Below the pieces are notes generated by a model. That model had not been told where the DNA came from and did not search any database. It saw only the letters and a program-made list of their open reading frames with translations. This document shows, piece by piece, positions 12,347 to 24,140 of a stretch of DNA of 64,000 nucleotides (positions are counted from its first letter, which is position 1; each line of letters starts with the position of its first letter). Origin of the DNA: Cladosporium halotolerans (lineage: Eukaryota); the NCBI RefSeq assembly GCF_011745625.1, contig NW_027191460.1, forward strand, positions 124,001-188,000. Reading direction: 5' to 3'. Made by a program: the position numbers and the translations under genes.

Positions 12347-13450
12347 TCATTTAGCCGCGGCGTCCTTAGCTTCCTTCTCTTTGTTCTTCGCTTCTCGCTG
12401 CCTTCTCATTCGCTCCTCTGCGGCGCCCGCCATGATCTCTCGTCGCGTCAACGGTCGTCCACCATCGCTGGCCTCAGCTCTACTAGATTCTCCGCCACCC
12501 AGCACGAACTCTCCGCCAGTCCAGCCACCATCATCTGCCTCCTCATCGTCGACGCCTTCGTCACCGGGATTATAAAATTCTTCGCCGCCTACACTCTTTC
12601 CGCCTCGTCTCCAGTCATTCTGCTCGACTTCCTTCTCGATCTCTTTACAAAGGTTCCAGAAATTCCGGTCGTGATCGCCCCAGACGTTGTGAGCCAGCTC
12701 GTGGCAGAGCGTGTGCCGGATGACCTTGTAGTCTCTGTAGCCATCGTACGCATCCGTCCTCAACCGCAGCTCGATCACCTCGCCGCGATTCCGGTTCAGC
12801 CCCAGCGTCTTGCTCTCGTGCGTCGTGTGTTCGGCAGGGTTCATCTCCGTAAGCAATCCCACGGAGAAACCGTGCTTGCGCATGCTAGCCTTGATACCAG
12901 CGTCGTCGCGCAGCCGCTCGAGGAACCGCTCGCTCTTTTCCGGGTTCGGCAGATACGGTAGGGGCCTGATCTGGTGGAACGTGTAGCGTGCTTCGTCCTG
13001 CACCTTTTTCCAGTCCCGGTGTTTCTCGGCCTTGACTTTCCTGCCCTGTCGCAGCGCCGTGCGCCGCCGCTCCATGCGCATTTTGCGCTCCGCGATGTCG
13101 GATTCCAGCTCCTCCACCTCCGCTGTTGTGGCGCCCATAAGGACGATCTTCTTCTCTTGCAGTGATCGCAGCTGGAGCGTAGGGTCCTTGAAGGGAGGCT
13201 TCAGAAGGCCAACTTTCGGTGTTATGAGGAATTTCTGATTTGTGGGTGGTATGCGCAGGTCCTCGGCGACCGTGTCGGAAAGGTCTTGGATCGTCGCATC
13301 TTCGGTGTGGAAGGGTAGGTTGACTGGGTTGTTGTGAAGCAAGACTGTGATGTTGAAGAGTGCGGGCACTTCCTCCTCTTCCACTTCTTCGTACTCCGAG
13401 CCGGACTCCGGTGCCCTTTCACCGAAGAGCTCTCCGTCGATTGATGCCAT
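12347..13450 (-). CDS. Ubiquitin-like + WLM metalloprotease (Wss1 family)
   Basis: N-terminal UBL-like segment ('TIQDLSDTVAEDLRIPPTNQKFL...KIVLMG'), then WLM 'LGLNRNRGEVIELRLRTD...TLCHELAHNVWGDHDRNFW' with HExxH, and a C-terminal 'RREIMAGAAEER' VIM-like motif. Confidence 0.88.
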   Translation of the reverse strand: MASIDGELFGERAPESGSEYEEVEEEEVPALFNITVLLHNNPVNLPFHTEDATIQDLSDTVAEDLRIPPTNQKFLITPKVGLLKPPFKDPTLQLRSLQEKKIVLMGATTAEVEELESDIAERKMRMERRRTALRQGRKVKAEKHRDWKKVQDEARYTFHQIRPLPYLPNPEKSERFLERLRDDAGIKASMRKHGFSVGLLTEMNPAEHTTHESKTLGLNRNRGEVIELRLRTDAYDGYRDYKVIRHTLCHELAHNVWGDHDRNFWNLCKEIEKEVEQNDWRRGGKSVGGEEFYNPGDEGVDDEEADDGGWTGGEFVLGGGESSRAEASDGGRPLTRREIMAGAAEERMRRQREAKNKEKEAKDAAAK

Positions 13451-14053
13451 TGCCACGCCAGTCGGGTTTTGAGGATGAATGGTCGGCGGGGATTGGGTTG
13501 GATAGATGCGCTGCAAAGGATAGACGGGAGATGCTGCCAGGGTAGTAATGGGAAAGCTGTAAGTATAACCTACAGGCAGTGTCTACGTGGCGCTGGAGGA
13601 GGCGCAGTGTATATGTAAATGACAAGATGATGGTTGCGCTGCTTCCAAATGCTTCTTTAGACGCTGACAAACACGTCATGCGTCGAAGACGTCACGTGCC
13701 GTGACGGCTCGGACTTTGGCCATCCGAAAGCCGCTCTCAGGATGCTTGCCACCGCTCAATGGTTCACACAACCTTCTTTCTCATCGGGTCTTGTAAATTT
13801 CGTGGGCGCATATATGACTGAAACTCGGATTGAGGCTCTGAACGCCACATTAGGGTATCTAAAGATCTACTAATCGCTACTTTACGCTGAACCAACAGAA
13901 AAAGGAACAAAGACGAGCCGTCTTCGATTCCATTACCAAAAACTCCATCATGCAACGGTCTCCATGCAAGCGCACGAAGCCGGTGCTCGTTATGTCGTCT
14001 GTTACCTTGACCGATCATCGAGTGTTCTTTGCCTTCTCAAGCGTATGAACTGC

Positions 14054-14664
14054 TCAAGCCTCGGACATGTTCATCTTCGGGTCTGCCGCGACGCTTCCGC
14101 CGACACCGCGGTTGCGCCAGACGTAGAGGATTGACAGTGCGAATGTCGCTGAGAAAGCGAGCCTACAAAGGTTCATGTCAGCCACAGTCCCAGATCAAAA
14201 ACACATTCTTACAGAAGACCTACCACTCAAAAGCGCCAAACGCAGCCGCGGCCTTCGCTGCGCTACAGACGTGTCCGAAGCATACTCGGTTGCCCACGAA
14301 CACGGCCAGCGCGACAAAACTGGCAAACCAGAAGATCATCGTCAGACCCTCAATGCCCGCGATGACGCCGGCGTGGTTCAGCTTGGACTCTCCGTACCGC
14401 ATTGGCACGAGGATCAGGTAGGCGAGGGTGATTAGAGTAATGACTGCGACGAAAACCATGAAGGCAACCGATGATGGCGCGCCGGCATTCCAATAGCCGC
14501 CCCACCAGTTGGCGACTGATGATGTTGTTAGCTATTTGCTTTTCGCAGGGCTCGAGATCTGAAGGAGGCTCACCATAGGCTGACAGTCCGAGGACGAGTA
14601 GTGTGAGAAGGCCTTGGACGACACGCAAAGAGAGAATGAACCCTCGGGTCTCGTAGAATGCCAT
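14054..14664 (-). CDS. MARVEL-domain four-TM membrane protein, 3 exons
   Basis: 'LSLRVVQGLLTLLVLGLSAY', 'IEGLTMIFWFASFVALA', 'CSAAKAAAAFGAFEWLAF'; introns 14516-14573 and 14163-14223. Confidence 0.85.
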
Positions 14665-15737
14665 GATGAGCTGATTTTGATATGTGCGGGTTGATGATAA
14701 CGATCGTAATGAGGTATTGCGGGAAACACCAGGGTAGTTTGGGAACGTGATCCAGGAAAGGGCGGACAGCAGCTATCTTTCAGGTTCTTTTGTTGTGTCT
14801 CACAGTCGTCTCCGTCCCAACAGGCGTTCTGACACAGTTGGTAGTGTCTCAGGATGGGGAAGCGTGGAGGATCGGCGCTGAAGAGAGCGTTGGAGAAGCG
14901 ACCGTTACGGGATCTTTAGTACCTATGGCAAGGACACACCTCAAACGCACGTAACGCGCGCAGCGCAGCTGTCACGCGCGCCACCACGCGTCAATAATAG
15001 GCACTGGTATGCCGGGTGGAATGCAATCGGTGCACAGCAATCTCTCACAGGGCGCGAGAGCAGGCTGTGCGCGAGCGATGCTTGCGAGAAGCTCAAACTC
15101 TCCCAAGCCACAACTACTCTCTTCGGCTCTCCAAAGCTGAAGAGTCGTGATAGAGGACACTCCTAGTCACCTTGGCTTAACGGCGGTATTGGATGACACA
15201 GGCGTGGCGTGACTTGTAGTCGCACGTTTCCTGTTTCTGTTGATCGGCGCGTCGTGCAAGCGAGCCCAATCGACTGGCTGGACTGCTGAAGCCTAGCACA
15301 ACCCCTCCCAGGGGCTCCGATCGTGAACGCACCGACAGGGCTGAGTATCAATACGCGCCCTGCTGATTGCCAAGCATGTTTGCAAGTTTCAGGACGGGGC
15401 ACATCGAGCGAACACGTGGGCAAATCAGTCTGAAGAGCGGTCAGGTTAGGTTCCTCCACAGAGCTCCGCATGAGCACCCCTGAGCTTCTGCTGCCTGAAA
15501 AATGAAGCTTGCCCACATACATGCTTTTTGTCATAGCCGATCTCAATCTGATCTCATCACAAGGAACCAAACGCATTGGAGTGCCTATTTTGCGGCGAAC
15601 TGCCGCTTCAAACGCTGGTATCATTGCAGAACCTGCGATAGCTAATGTACACTTTCACCCAGTAATCATTAATGAACGCCCATACCATGCCATGAGAGCA
15701 AACCACCTGGAGCTTGACGTCGATCGTCAGCGATGGG

Positions 15738-16318
15738 CTACTTTGCTTTCTTGGTCGGAGACTCCTGGTAATAGCCGCCGAACATCTCGAAGAACTCAGC
15801 TTGAGTCAAGGTCTTAGTGCCCTTCTGCTTGATCTCCTCCAGCTTTTTCGGACCAGGCTTGACACCAATGACGACAAAGCTGGCGTCGTCAATCTTCTTC
15901 GTGATCTGCCCTCCGTAAGTGGCGACCGTCTCCTCGAGAGTGGCACGGTCGAGCCCATCGAGAGTGCCGGTGAAGAGGAACGAGAAGCCGGTCAGAGAAC
16001 CCGGGCGGCCTTCCGGAACGATCTTGTGCTTCTTGGTGTTCGGCTCGGCGCCGTTCTTGGGAGCATTGGTCTTCTCTTTGACGACCTTCTCGGCGCTGGG
16101 ATACATGTATGAGCGACATAACATTGCGAGGGCATCGCGACTTCTTACACTTTCGGGTAGTGGACCTTGAACGTATTGATCTCCATCCCGTCTTCAGCGG
16201 CGTCAGCTGCAGACTGGCGTTCAACGTAGATGCCGACGATCTGCCCGGAGAAGCCATCCGTGGCAGGCGTGGTGAGGACGAACACCTCAGTCGGAGCGGT
16301 CTCCTTCTTCGGAGGCAT
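15738..16318 (-). CDS. Small stand-alone BRCT-domain protein (RFC1/NAD-ligase-type BRCT), 2 exons
   Basis: 'PGSLTGFSFLFTGTLDGLDRATLEETVATYGGQITKKI...FVVIGVKPGPKKLEEI' matches the RFC1-like BRCT pattern. Exon 1 (MPPKKETAPTEVFVL...) joins in frame via intron 16096-16148. Basic NLS-like C-terminus PTKKAK. Confidence 0.75.
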
Positions 16319-16744
16319 TTTTGGTGATACGAGGCGGATGATTGATAGAGGTGAAAAGGTGAGTGATGAGGAATACCGATGAGGTCAGAATCAATGACTT
16401 TGTGAAGCTGCCGATGAGAATGTGATAAGTAGTGTGAGGATGGGGAGCATCAGTCATCGAGCGCAAAGGGTGGCTTCGGCGGGCAGTGATGCTCAATTGG
16501 AAGGAGCGACCAGGCGACAAAGCGCGTCAACATCACGGTGGTGTCGCGTCGGCGCGTCGTTGTCTGTAGACCTCACTTCAAAGCGAACTGTGATAAACAG
16601 CGAAGTCATAGATGAAGCACAAATACATGCTATTGACATTTGGCTTTGCTTTTGGACTGTTAATGGCGGAGTAGCACGTGCGCCGACAGAAGACCGAGCT
16701 TAAGCGCCAACGGTACAGACTGCATTGTCACCGACAATGCGACA

Positions 16745-17845
16745 TCACAGCTCGTCATCGGTGTCATCCTCTTCATCGTCCTCTCGACCCGCAGAACCAT
16801 TTGCATTCTGATCCGGTTGCTGAGCATTCGGAGCAGTCCTGCGAGCGAAGGGCAGCTCTCGTCGCGGCGGCATTTCCTCGAGGCTGACCTCTTTCGCAGC
16901 ACCGTTTTCTTTGCCTTTGCCTGCCGCCTTGCCGCCACGCTTGCCGCCGGAGGCAGTGGGCGGCTGTGATCTTGTAGGAGGTGGCGCAAAGCCATCGTCG
17001 CTAACACCGTCATCCGTGTCTTGCTCAGGCGTTCGCTGGCCTTCCTCTTCCTCCTCTACAAGCTCGTCGTCATCTTCTTCATCTACTGGATCAAGATCGA
17101 GTCCGTCCTCGTCTTCCTCTGAAGCAGTAGGGCCAGCTTTGCGTTTGCCAGGAGCTGACCGACCAGCCTCACGTCCCGATCCATGTGTGTTCTTTCCGGA
17201 TTGAGACTTGGTGGCTGCACTTAGCTCACGCTGTTGATCGCGTATTTTCGCCCGCTTGCTGTCAAGTAAGACAGCGCACTTACGTAGTAGTTCTTCCTCG
17301 TGCTCCTTCTTAGCCTTCACGAGATCATCAAGCTGCCGGGATAGTGCGTCCACTTGGGCCCGTTGGGAGCCCAGAGATGCTTGCAAGGTTACAAGCTCAC
17401 TGCGTAGGTCGTCCGAGGTCGCAACAGCGATCTCCACCCAGTCGAACGGACTGACTTCCTCCTCCTCGTCCTGCTTCAGTTTGATCGAGCCTAGTCGCTG
17501 GGTGATGCCACCGATGTTCTTGCGCAGAGTGAGAGTGCATGTCTCACCACTGATGGCCGCTACAGCCTCCAGACCTTGTAGGGCGTCAAGGTTGGCATCC
17601 GGCCGTTGGTGGAGCAGAACATAAGCAACAATGGCCTTCCATTCGTCGTCGTCTCCGCGGTAGTTGCTGGCTTGCAGGGCCGCCAAGTTTGCAGACTTAA
17701 GCGATCCAACATATACGTGCTCGTGCTCGGTGGCCACCAGCTTGAGATCGAGCGGGCGTGTCTTGCTCGTCTGGGTGACGTTCAGCAGCAGGTTGGCGGA
17801 AGGATCGTCTGTGCGGCGGACACGCAAGACATGCGTCGCCGCCAT
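16745..17845 (-). CDS. XRCC4: XRCC4/Lif1-like non-homologous end-joining protein
   Basis: Head domain 'PLDLKLVATEHEHVY...TLTLRKNIGGITQRLGSIKL...FDW', coiled coil 'KKEHEEELLRKCAVLLDSKRAKIRDQQR' and acidic tail ending DTDDEL. Confidence 0.8.
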   Translation of the reverse strand: MAATHVLRVRRTDDPSANLLLNVTQTSKTRPLDLKLVATEHEHVYVGSLKSANLAALQASNYRGDDDEWKAIVAYVLLHQRPDANLDALQGLEAVAAISGETCTLTLRKNIGGITQRLGSIKLKQDEEEEVSPFDWVEIAVATSDDLRSELVTLQASLGSQRAQVDALSRQLDDLVKAKKEHEEELLRKCAVLLDSKRAKIRDQQRELSAATKSQSGKNTHGSGREAGRSAPGKRKAGPTASEEDEDGLDLDPVDEEDDDELVEEEEEGQRTPEQDTDDGVSDDGFAPPPTRSQPPTASGGKRGGKAAGKGKENGAAKEVSLEEMPPRRELPFARRTAPNAQQPDQNANGSAGREDDEEDDTDDEL

Positions 17846-18526
17846 CGCGCCGAAACCTTGGTGAGGGGAGCAGTTTTCGGTTTGCGGAATCGCCGTTACA
17901 GATCGTCCAGGGGATGGCGTAGCGTGTTGATGTTGATCGAGCGGGCGGAATTGGCGCCCTGGGGCGGGCACACCAGTTACATACGTCTGTTCTAACGGTC
18001 GGTGGCGGCGCTGCCTGTTTCGCCCGTCTTCTGGTTGCGGAAACGGCTGCCTGCCCCCAGCCTGGAGGATTCGGATGTTTGGCGGTCGAGCGAGGCTGAC
18101 GCCTGAGTCTGCCTGGCCGCTACATGACGCTCGTGTCAGTGAACACAGGCGCGACAGGGCATGCCGGCAGCTGGTGGCGCTTGACGCGGACTTAGCTCGC
18201 TCTCTCGCGCTGGCACCGGCGGGCGGCCGCGTGCAGGAGGCATGGGCTCAGGGTTCACGCGGGGGCCTCCCGCGCCGGCCCACTCAGCCACGGACCTTGC
18301 CATCCACGCCTCCTAGCGCGACCCGGTGCCAGCCTCCTCTCTGCGCAAGTGCGATGCTAGCGCTGGACACCACCTCACTTTCACCGCACCTCCCTCCCCC
18401 TTCGCTCAGGAGGCCCACCCGCAGGATATTCGAGAATCGCCGCGTGCATGTCGCGCGTGGGCGACCCGACGACACCGCCCTCACCACCCCGGCTTGCTGG
18501 ACGGACACCACGACCACCGGCGCAGC

Positions 18527-21027
18527 ATGGCGCCCGCCATGGAGAGCTGGGACGACGACGACGATTTTCAGGGCGACTTCCAGAGCTTCGGAAATAGTGT
18601 GGGTACCGCGCAGGGCAGCTTGTCGTCGCGTCTGAGCGTGCGCTCCGAGTCCGTGGCCGGCGACGACGACTGGAACGTGGTGCTGAAGCCGAACGACGAG
18701 CAGTCCACCAACAGCGCCCTTCAGTCCGCCAAGCAGGCCGGCATCCCTCTGCCTGCGGACGTGCCCTCCAGCGCACTGCTCGGCGGCACCATCAAACGAC
18801 TCGGGAAGAGGACTCCACGGCAGAAGGTAGAAGATGACTGGGACAACGATATAGATATGGGCGAGACGCCCTTGACGCTGAAGCCTAGGCCGGCCGAGCC
18901 GGCCGCTGACTTTGGCGGCGACGATGACTTTGACGACTTCGAAGGTAGTCTAGGTATTCGCTTTGCTGGCACCAAGCGTGACGCGAGGGAGTCTTCCGTG
19001 TCTGCTATGAGTCCGAGCATCGGCTCGCCAATGGCGGAGGAGAGCGACCATGACGAAGCCGGAGGGCTTGACATTCCCGATGGACCACTGGACTTTGAAG
19101 CGATCCTGAAGAAACGCCGTGCTGCAGAAGCTGCCCTCTCGGAAGCAAGTGCGCCCAGCCAGGCCAGTCCTGCCATCGAGCAGCCGTCGACACTGAACAC
19201 GCACAAAAAATCGAAGTTGCTCTCGGAGACTGGAGAAGATTTCTTGGATGGTTTCGACTTCGGTGGACTCAAGTCCCTGAATGTTCAGAAACGTACAGTG
19301 AACAAGAATGTCAAGGTAAAGGACGTCAAACCAACTGTGGCTGCTCAGAGGCCTGCCACGACCCTCAACTTCCACGACAAGCCTATCGACAGGCCAACAC
19401 ACATGCGTTCGCACCTTCCTCGTCCAGTATCGGGATCAAAGCCAGCTTCTCGACTGGAGCCAGTTCTTGAGAATGGCACCTCTACTATAGCGCGAGAGCG
19501 CCGACAGCAAGTTGCTTCCGGCAACTCTAACCTCTTACGCAGCAAGCGCTCTGCTCCTGCACTCAGAAGTCAAGCGCAGCAGTCGTCTATTGCACGGCCA
19601 CCAATGCCATTTATACCTCCTGGCAGCTCGTCTCTACAACCGACCCACGCAAGCGCCCAAAGAGCTATGCCGTACCATTTGCGGCGAGAGTCTGACCCAA
19701 GCAACCGACGCGGAGCCCAGTCCCCGCCGTTACGCTCCCATTCTCGCCTGTCGAATGCTTTTATACCAGACACGCCGTCCCGACTCGCAAGACCTCGTGC
19801 AGATTTGGCGCCTGCTGCACTGGCTCGTGAGGCTGCATCTAAGCGCAACTTGACAAAGCCTTCACGACGACGCAACTTCGGCGATGGCTCCGAACTGGAC
19901 AACTTTGACGACCTACGAACTAACAATGAAAGGGAAAGCAAATTCATGAAACAGCCATCAGCTCGAGGCCCGCCCAGACTAGGCATTAGGCATGCTCACA
20001 GTCGCTCTGATGTCAAGGAGCCGTCGAAACGAACTATCGCTCTTCCTGACCGTATGATGACACCTGCTCCAAGGACTCCAGCAAGCCCTACGAGAGGGTT
20101 CGCTGATGCTCAAAGCAACACGCCAAGCTATCTGCGCGACACAGCGGCTTCTAGGATAGCTCGTGAAACCAGACTCGCTACTAACAACCCTCGACCACGG
20201 AGCGAGGGACCTCTCATGCCCGTGAGCACTAATTGGAAGGCTCAAATTGCCGCGCGAAGTCCGCACACATCTCCCTCAACTCTCAAACCGAAGCCAAAGC
20301 GGATACAGCCCCATCTAATCAAGGGCATAGGAATACAGGTAGCGAAAAGTGAGTACCAATGCCGCATATCTAACAAGATCCCACTGACACAATTCCCACA
20401 GCTGAGAAAGGCATGACATATAATCCAAACACTCTCCGATGGGAAGGAAACGAGAACACCCTCTCGCACTTTGACATTCCCCCGCCTCTCGAAACACCGA
20501 CGCCCACCGGCGCCCAGCCTCAGACATCTTACATGGATAACATGCAGCCTCTACCACCGCCGTCCGCCAGCCCGCCAAGACCAGCCTTGATCGCTCCCAT
20601 GTCCGCCGCAACAAACATGCAAGTCAACGGCGGCATGGTCTTCGACCCGCACCAGATGAAGTGGCTCAAGATCAAGCACGGCCGCGACGTCAGCGGGCAG
20701 ATGTCCCCCTCCGCCACCGACGAGGAGGAGGAGGACGTTTTTGCCGGGCTCGAGGACCTCAAGGACGATGCGCCCGCTTTCGGCGCCGGCGCGAGCGTCA
20801 CCGGCATGCAGAGCCCGGTCTCCATGGCCAACACCGGCCTTGGCGAAGTCCATGAGGAATTCGACCTCGGCCCGCGCTTCATCCACACTCAGCGTGACGA
20901 GGAGGTCACTTGGCGCCGACGATGCGACAGCTGGTTCCCGGCAGGCGGCGGCTCTAGAGTTGAAGACGACGGCTGGCGCTGGGCGGCGCGCAACGTGTTC
21001 ATCGAGACGCCTGGCACCGCCATGTGA
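18527..21027 (+). CDS. BYR4: Byr4/Bfa1-like cytokinesis (SIN/MEN) GAP scaffold, 2 exons
   Basis: 'ESWDDDDDF', 'FGDGSELDNFDDL', 'GMTYNPNTLRWEGNEN', 'GMVFDPHQMKWLK', 'EEFDLGPRFI'; intron 20349-20401. Confidence 0.85.
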
Positions 21028-21774
21028 GCGGCGACCGGACCTAAACTCATCAGGAGCAGTTTCGTATCTCTATCTCATCAGGCCGGGCTCGAGGGCGATA
21101 CCTCGGCCTCTATATCACGGAGTTCGCGGAGAACTTTACACAACGGGTAAACATCAAGAAGAAAAAGAAAAGGTCAAGACGCACCTCACCGGGGCTTCCT
21201 TCTGACCATCAACATGTGCATAAAAGGGGGGCTTTTCTTAACGACAAACGGCACGACTCTTATGAACACCGATCGACACTACCCGAACGTCGCGGCTACG
21301 AAGTATCATGAAACAAAAAGTGGAAAGGGAAGGACAGGGCTTTCCGTGATTTATGTGGTGGTGACAGGGCTTTGTATCGTTTTCTTCGGGGGACGGGATT
21401 GGCTTGAGTGATACCTTATTCGCGTGCTTTTTTGACTTAACTCTTATTAGATGATTATAATTGCCTTACTTAGATCTTTGGTGAATGGAATGCCCTTTGA
21501 AAATCTGGATGTTGTTGTTCGTCGTGCTTCGCGTTTTCCGTGTGAGAAGCTTTGCATTTTCAGATCTTCGTCGCTTCGCTGCGGCCTCAAGGCATATCAC
21601 TAACACGCACGGAACACCCCAGAGAGCACAATTGGTCCAAATGTCTTCCATTCCATTCAACATTTTCAAAAACACAACTCGCTAACAGCGCAGCAGGAAC
21701 AAAATGGGGTATCTAAAATACAAGACAACACAGCAGCAACTTTTCTCCCTCCCTCAATTCCCCCCTTAACGCAC

Positions 21775-23907
21775 TCAATCATCCAAACACTGGCAGTCCC
21801 CCGCCTCCCCCACGACCCCCAACATCCCCGCCATCATCGACGGACACCTGTCCGCCATCCTCCTCCCGCCCGGACACCTCAGCACCGCGCCCCAAAGCCT
21901 CTCAAGATCATACCCCCACGCGGGGTTCTCCTCGCCCGTGCCCTCGAACCGCTCCCTCAGCCCCTCGTACACCGTCTTCTCGTTCGAGCGGATGCGCCGA
22001 GCGGAGGCGACGAACTGCCCGCGGTATGTCGGGACGAGGTCCGCGCATTCGGCGCCGGAGTTGGCGGCGCTGAAGACGGTGGCTAGAGCCGTGGTGTTGG
22101 GCTGCCAGGGCGAGTGGTCGCGGCAGGTGGCGCAGGAGGCGCAGAGCGTCTCGGTGTGCCAGAGGGAGAGGAAGGCGGTGCGCGGGTGGAAGTATTGCGT
22201 CAGCCGCGGGCGCATGTAGTGCGGGTCGTGCATGTCGGCTTGCAGGAAGAGGGTGTGGTCTGCTAGGCCTTGCACGTCGTCGTCGTCGTCGTCGTCGTCG
22301 TAGGAGGAGGAGGTAAGGGAGGAGTTGTAGTTGGCGAGGATGTGGTGGAGGAAGGTCTCGCCTTCGCGGCCGAGGTTGGGGAGGGCGTGGATTTCGACGG
22401 TTGTGGTGTTGGGGAGGGCGAAGGAGAGGTTTGTTTGGAGTTCCGGGAGGGGGTAGGCGGGCGCTTTGGCGTAGAGGAGGACGCGGCGGGAGAGCGGGGC
22501 GATGTTGGGGAGTTGCAGGAAGGAGGTGAGGGTTGTGGCGAGCTTGGGGATTGATTCGTCGTGGTAGGAGACGACGATGTCGAAGGTTCCTGTGGGGGTT
22601 CGTTGGGGTTCGTTGGGGTGGGGCAGGATGTCGTGGTTGTGGAAGGCGAGGGCGTTGCGGAGGGCGCCGAAGAAGACGCAGGCCCAGCCGATGGCGGCGA
22701 CGATGAGTAAGGTGGCTCTCAGAACATGCCAGGCGGAGAACTTTCCGGTGCATCGGGTGCCCTTGTGCAGCCTGGAGTCGGCCGAAATCGACTCCTCTTC
22801 GAGAAGGCCAACGCCGTTGCCAAACCGCGGTTCCTGAAATCCGAGAACTCTCCGCCACGTCGGCATGTATGAGGTCCGCAGGTAGTCATCGAGGGAATCA
22901 ACGTCGTCGGCGTACGTGCTCGCCATACTGCCGATCAGGAACGCGGCGATGAAAGCAGCAATCTGCCATCCTGAAATGACTACACCTCGCCCAGCGACAG
23001 CATACCCGATCAAAACCAAGCCAGGCAGAGCCGGCGTATCCACGGGGATTGGTTCGCTGTCCGACCCTTCGATGGCCGGCTGGGACCGGTAGAACAAAGA
23101 CGCGCTGTTCGCCAACGCGATACCGCCAACGATAGCATTGATCGGTAGCAGAACAGGCGCCATAGTCACATCGAATCCCATCGCACGAGGCCTCTCCGAG
23201 AACAGAGCGGCGCCGATCAATGGCAATACGGCCGCCACAAGCGTCCAGAGGTCTCCACCGTCCTCGTCAAGATCGTCCAGCGACTCCGGCGAATCCGTCC
23301 GTTTCGACTGAACATTGCAAAAGTGCGCACCAATGTGAGAACCAAGCGCCAACAGCGCGATGCCAAAACCAGGAGGCGTCACACGGTAGTCGTGGAGCAG
23401 AACGGTAAACACGAAAAGCGCGAGGCACGTCACGCGCGCAGCCGTGAATCGATCAGGCTGCGTCCAGAATGCATAGACCGAAGAAGCGCACGCCGGTGCC
23501 AAAGGCAGAACCAATGCTTCACACAACACGCTTGGGAGGTGGAAGAAGGCCTGGTATGCGGCAAAGAGCGATGTGATCGCCAAGGCGGTGCTCGCGAAGC
23601 TCCAGAGGTGTGGAGAAGCCGGAGATTTCAGGCGTCGGCAGCCGTTTCTGATCGTTTCGAACAAGTCCCTCCAGCCGTGGTCGCGTGCTCGTATTTGCAG
23701 CCGTATAGCAATCGCAACGAGGATTTGTGGAATGAGCAGATGGTATGGGAAGTGCTGGTGCTTGTCGTGGATGAGGTAGTGTGTCGTTACAATCGTTGCG
23801 GGTGCAGTCAGAAGCCAGACGGTAGGAGACCAGTTGGCGGAGGAGGCATTGATGTCCTGGCCCAGCTTCACCGAAGAGCTTTTCCAGAGCATGTTTGCCC
23901 CATGCAT
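21775..23907 (-). CDS. Multi-TM protein: degenerate nucleotide-sugar/TPT-transporter-like N-terminus fused to a C-terminal DUF3431-like (putative glycosyltransferase) domain
   Basis: About 9-10 hydrophobic segments, then 'FDIVVSYHDE', 'LPNLGREGETFLHHILANY', 'LADHTLFLQA', 'GQFVASARRIR', 'GYDLERLWGAVL'. Start codon uncertain (23907 or 23892). Confidence 0.7.
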   Translation of the reverse strand: MHGANMLWKSSSVKLGQDINASSANWSPTVWLLTAPATIVTTHYLIHDKHQHFPYHLLIPQILVAIAIRLQIRARDHGWRDLFETIRNGCRRLKSPASPHLWSFASTALAITSLFAAYQAFFHLPSVLCEALVLPLAPACASSVYAFWTQPDRFTAARVTCLALFVFTVLLHDYRVTPPGFGIALLALGSHIGAHFCNVQSKRTDSPESLDDLDEDGGDLWTLVAAVLPLIGAALFSERPRAMGFDVTMAPVLLPINAIVGGIALANSASLFYRSQPAIEGSDSEPIPVDTPALPGLVLIGYAVAGRGVVISGWQIAAFIAAFLIGSMASTYADDVDSLDDYLRTSYMPTWRRVLGFQEPRFGNGVGLLEEESISADSRLHKGTRCTGKFSAWHVLRATLLIVAAIGWACVFFGALRNALAFHNHDILPHPNEPQRTPTGTFDIVVSYHDESIPKLATTLTSFLQLPNIAPLSRRVLLYAKAPAYPLPELQTNLSFALPNTTTVEIHALPNLGREGETFLHHILANYNSSLTSSSYDDDDDDDDVQGLADHTLFLQADMHDPHYMRPRLTQYFHPRTAFLSLWHTETLCASCATCRDHSPWQPNTTALATVFSAANSGAECADLVPTYRGQFVASARRIRSNEKTVYEGLRERFEGTGEENPAWGYDLERLWGAVLRCPGGRRMADRCPSMMAGMLGVVGEAGDCQCLDD
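22275..22300. repeat. (GTC)n microsatellite encoding poly-Asp in the DUF3431-like gene
   Basis: Direct reading; the protein has YDDDDDDDDV. Confidence 0.9.
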
Positions 23908-24114
23908 TCGTTCAAAGGGAGTGTTGGAAGAGCGTGTTCATTCCAATGGCCAGCAGCAGAGTGAACACGAAGGCCTGGCAAGCGAAGGGTGATTCCGTGT
24001 ATATTAGGCGTCTTGGGGCATGGGAAAGGCGGGCATCGATTGACCTTGGCAGAAAGGAAAGGTGGGACGGGACGATGAAGAGGAATTAGGTAAGGCAAGG
24101 AAGCAGGCAGCAGA

Positions 24115-24140
24115 ACGAGAAACGAGACGAGACGAGACGA
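24115..24140. repeat. (ACGAG)n pentanucleotide microsatellite
   Basis: Sequence reads aacgagaaacgagacgagacgagacga. Confidence 0.8.
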
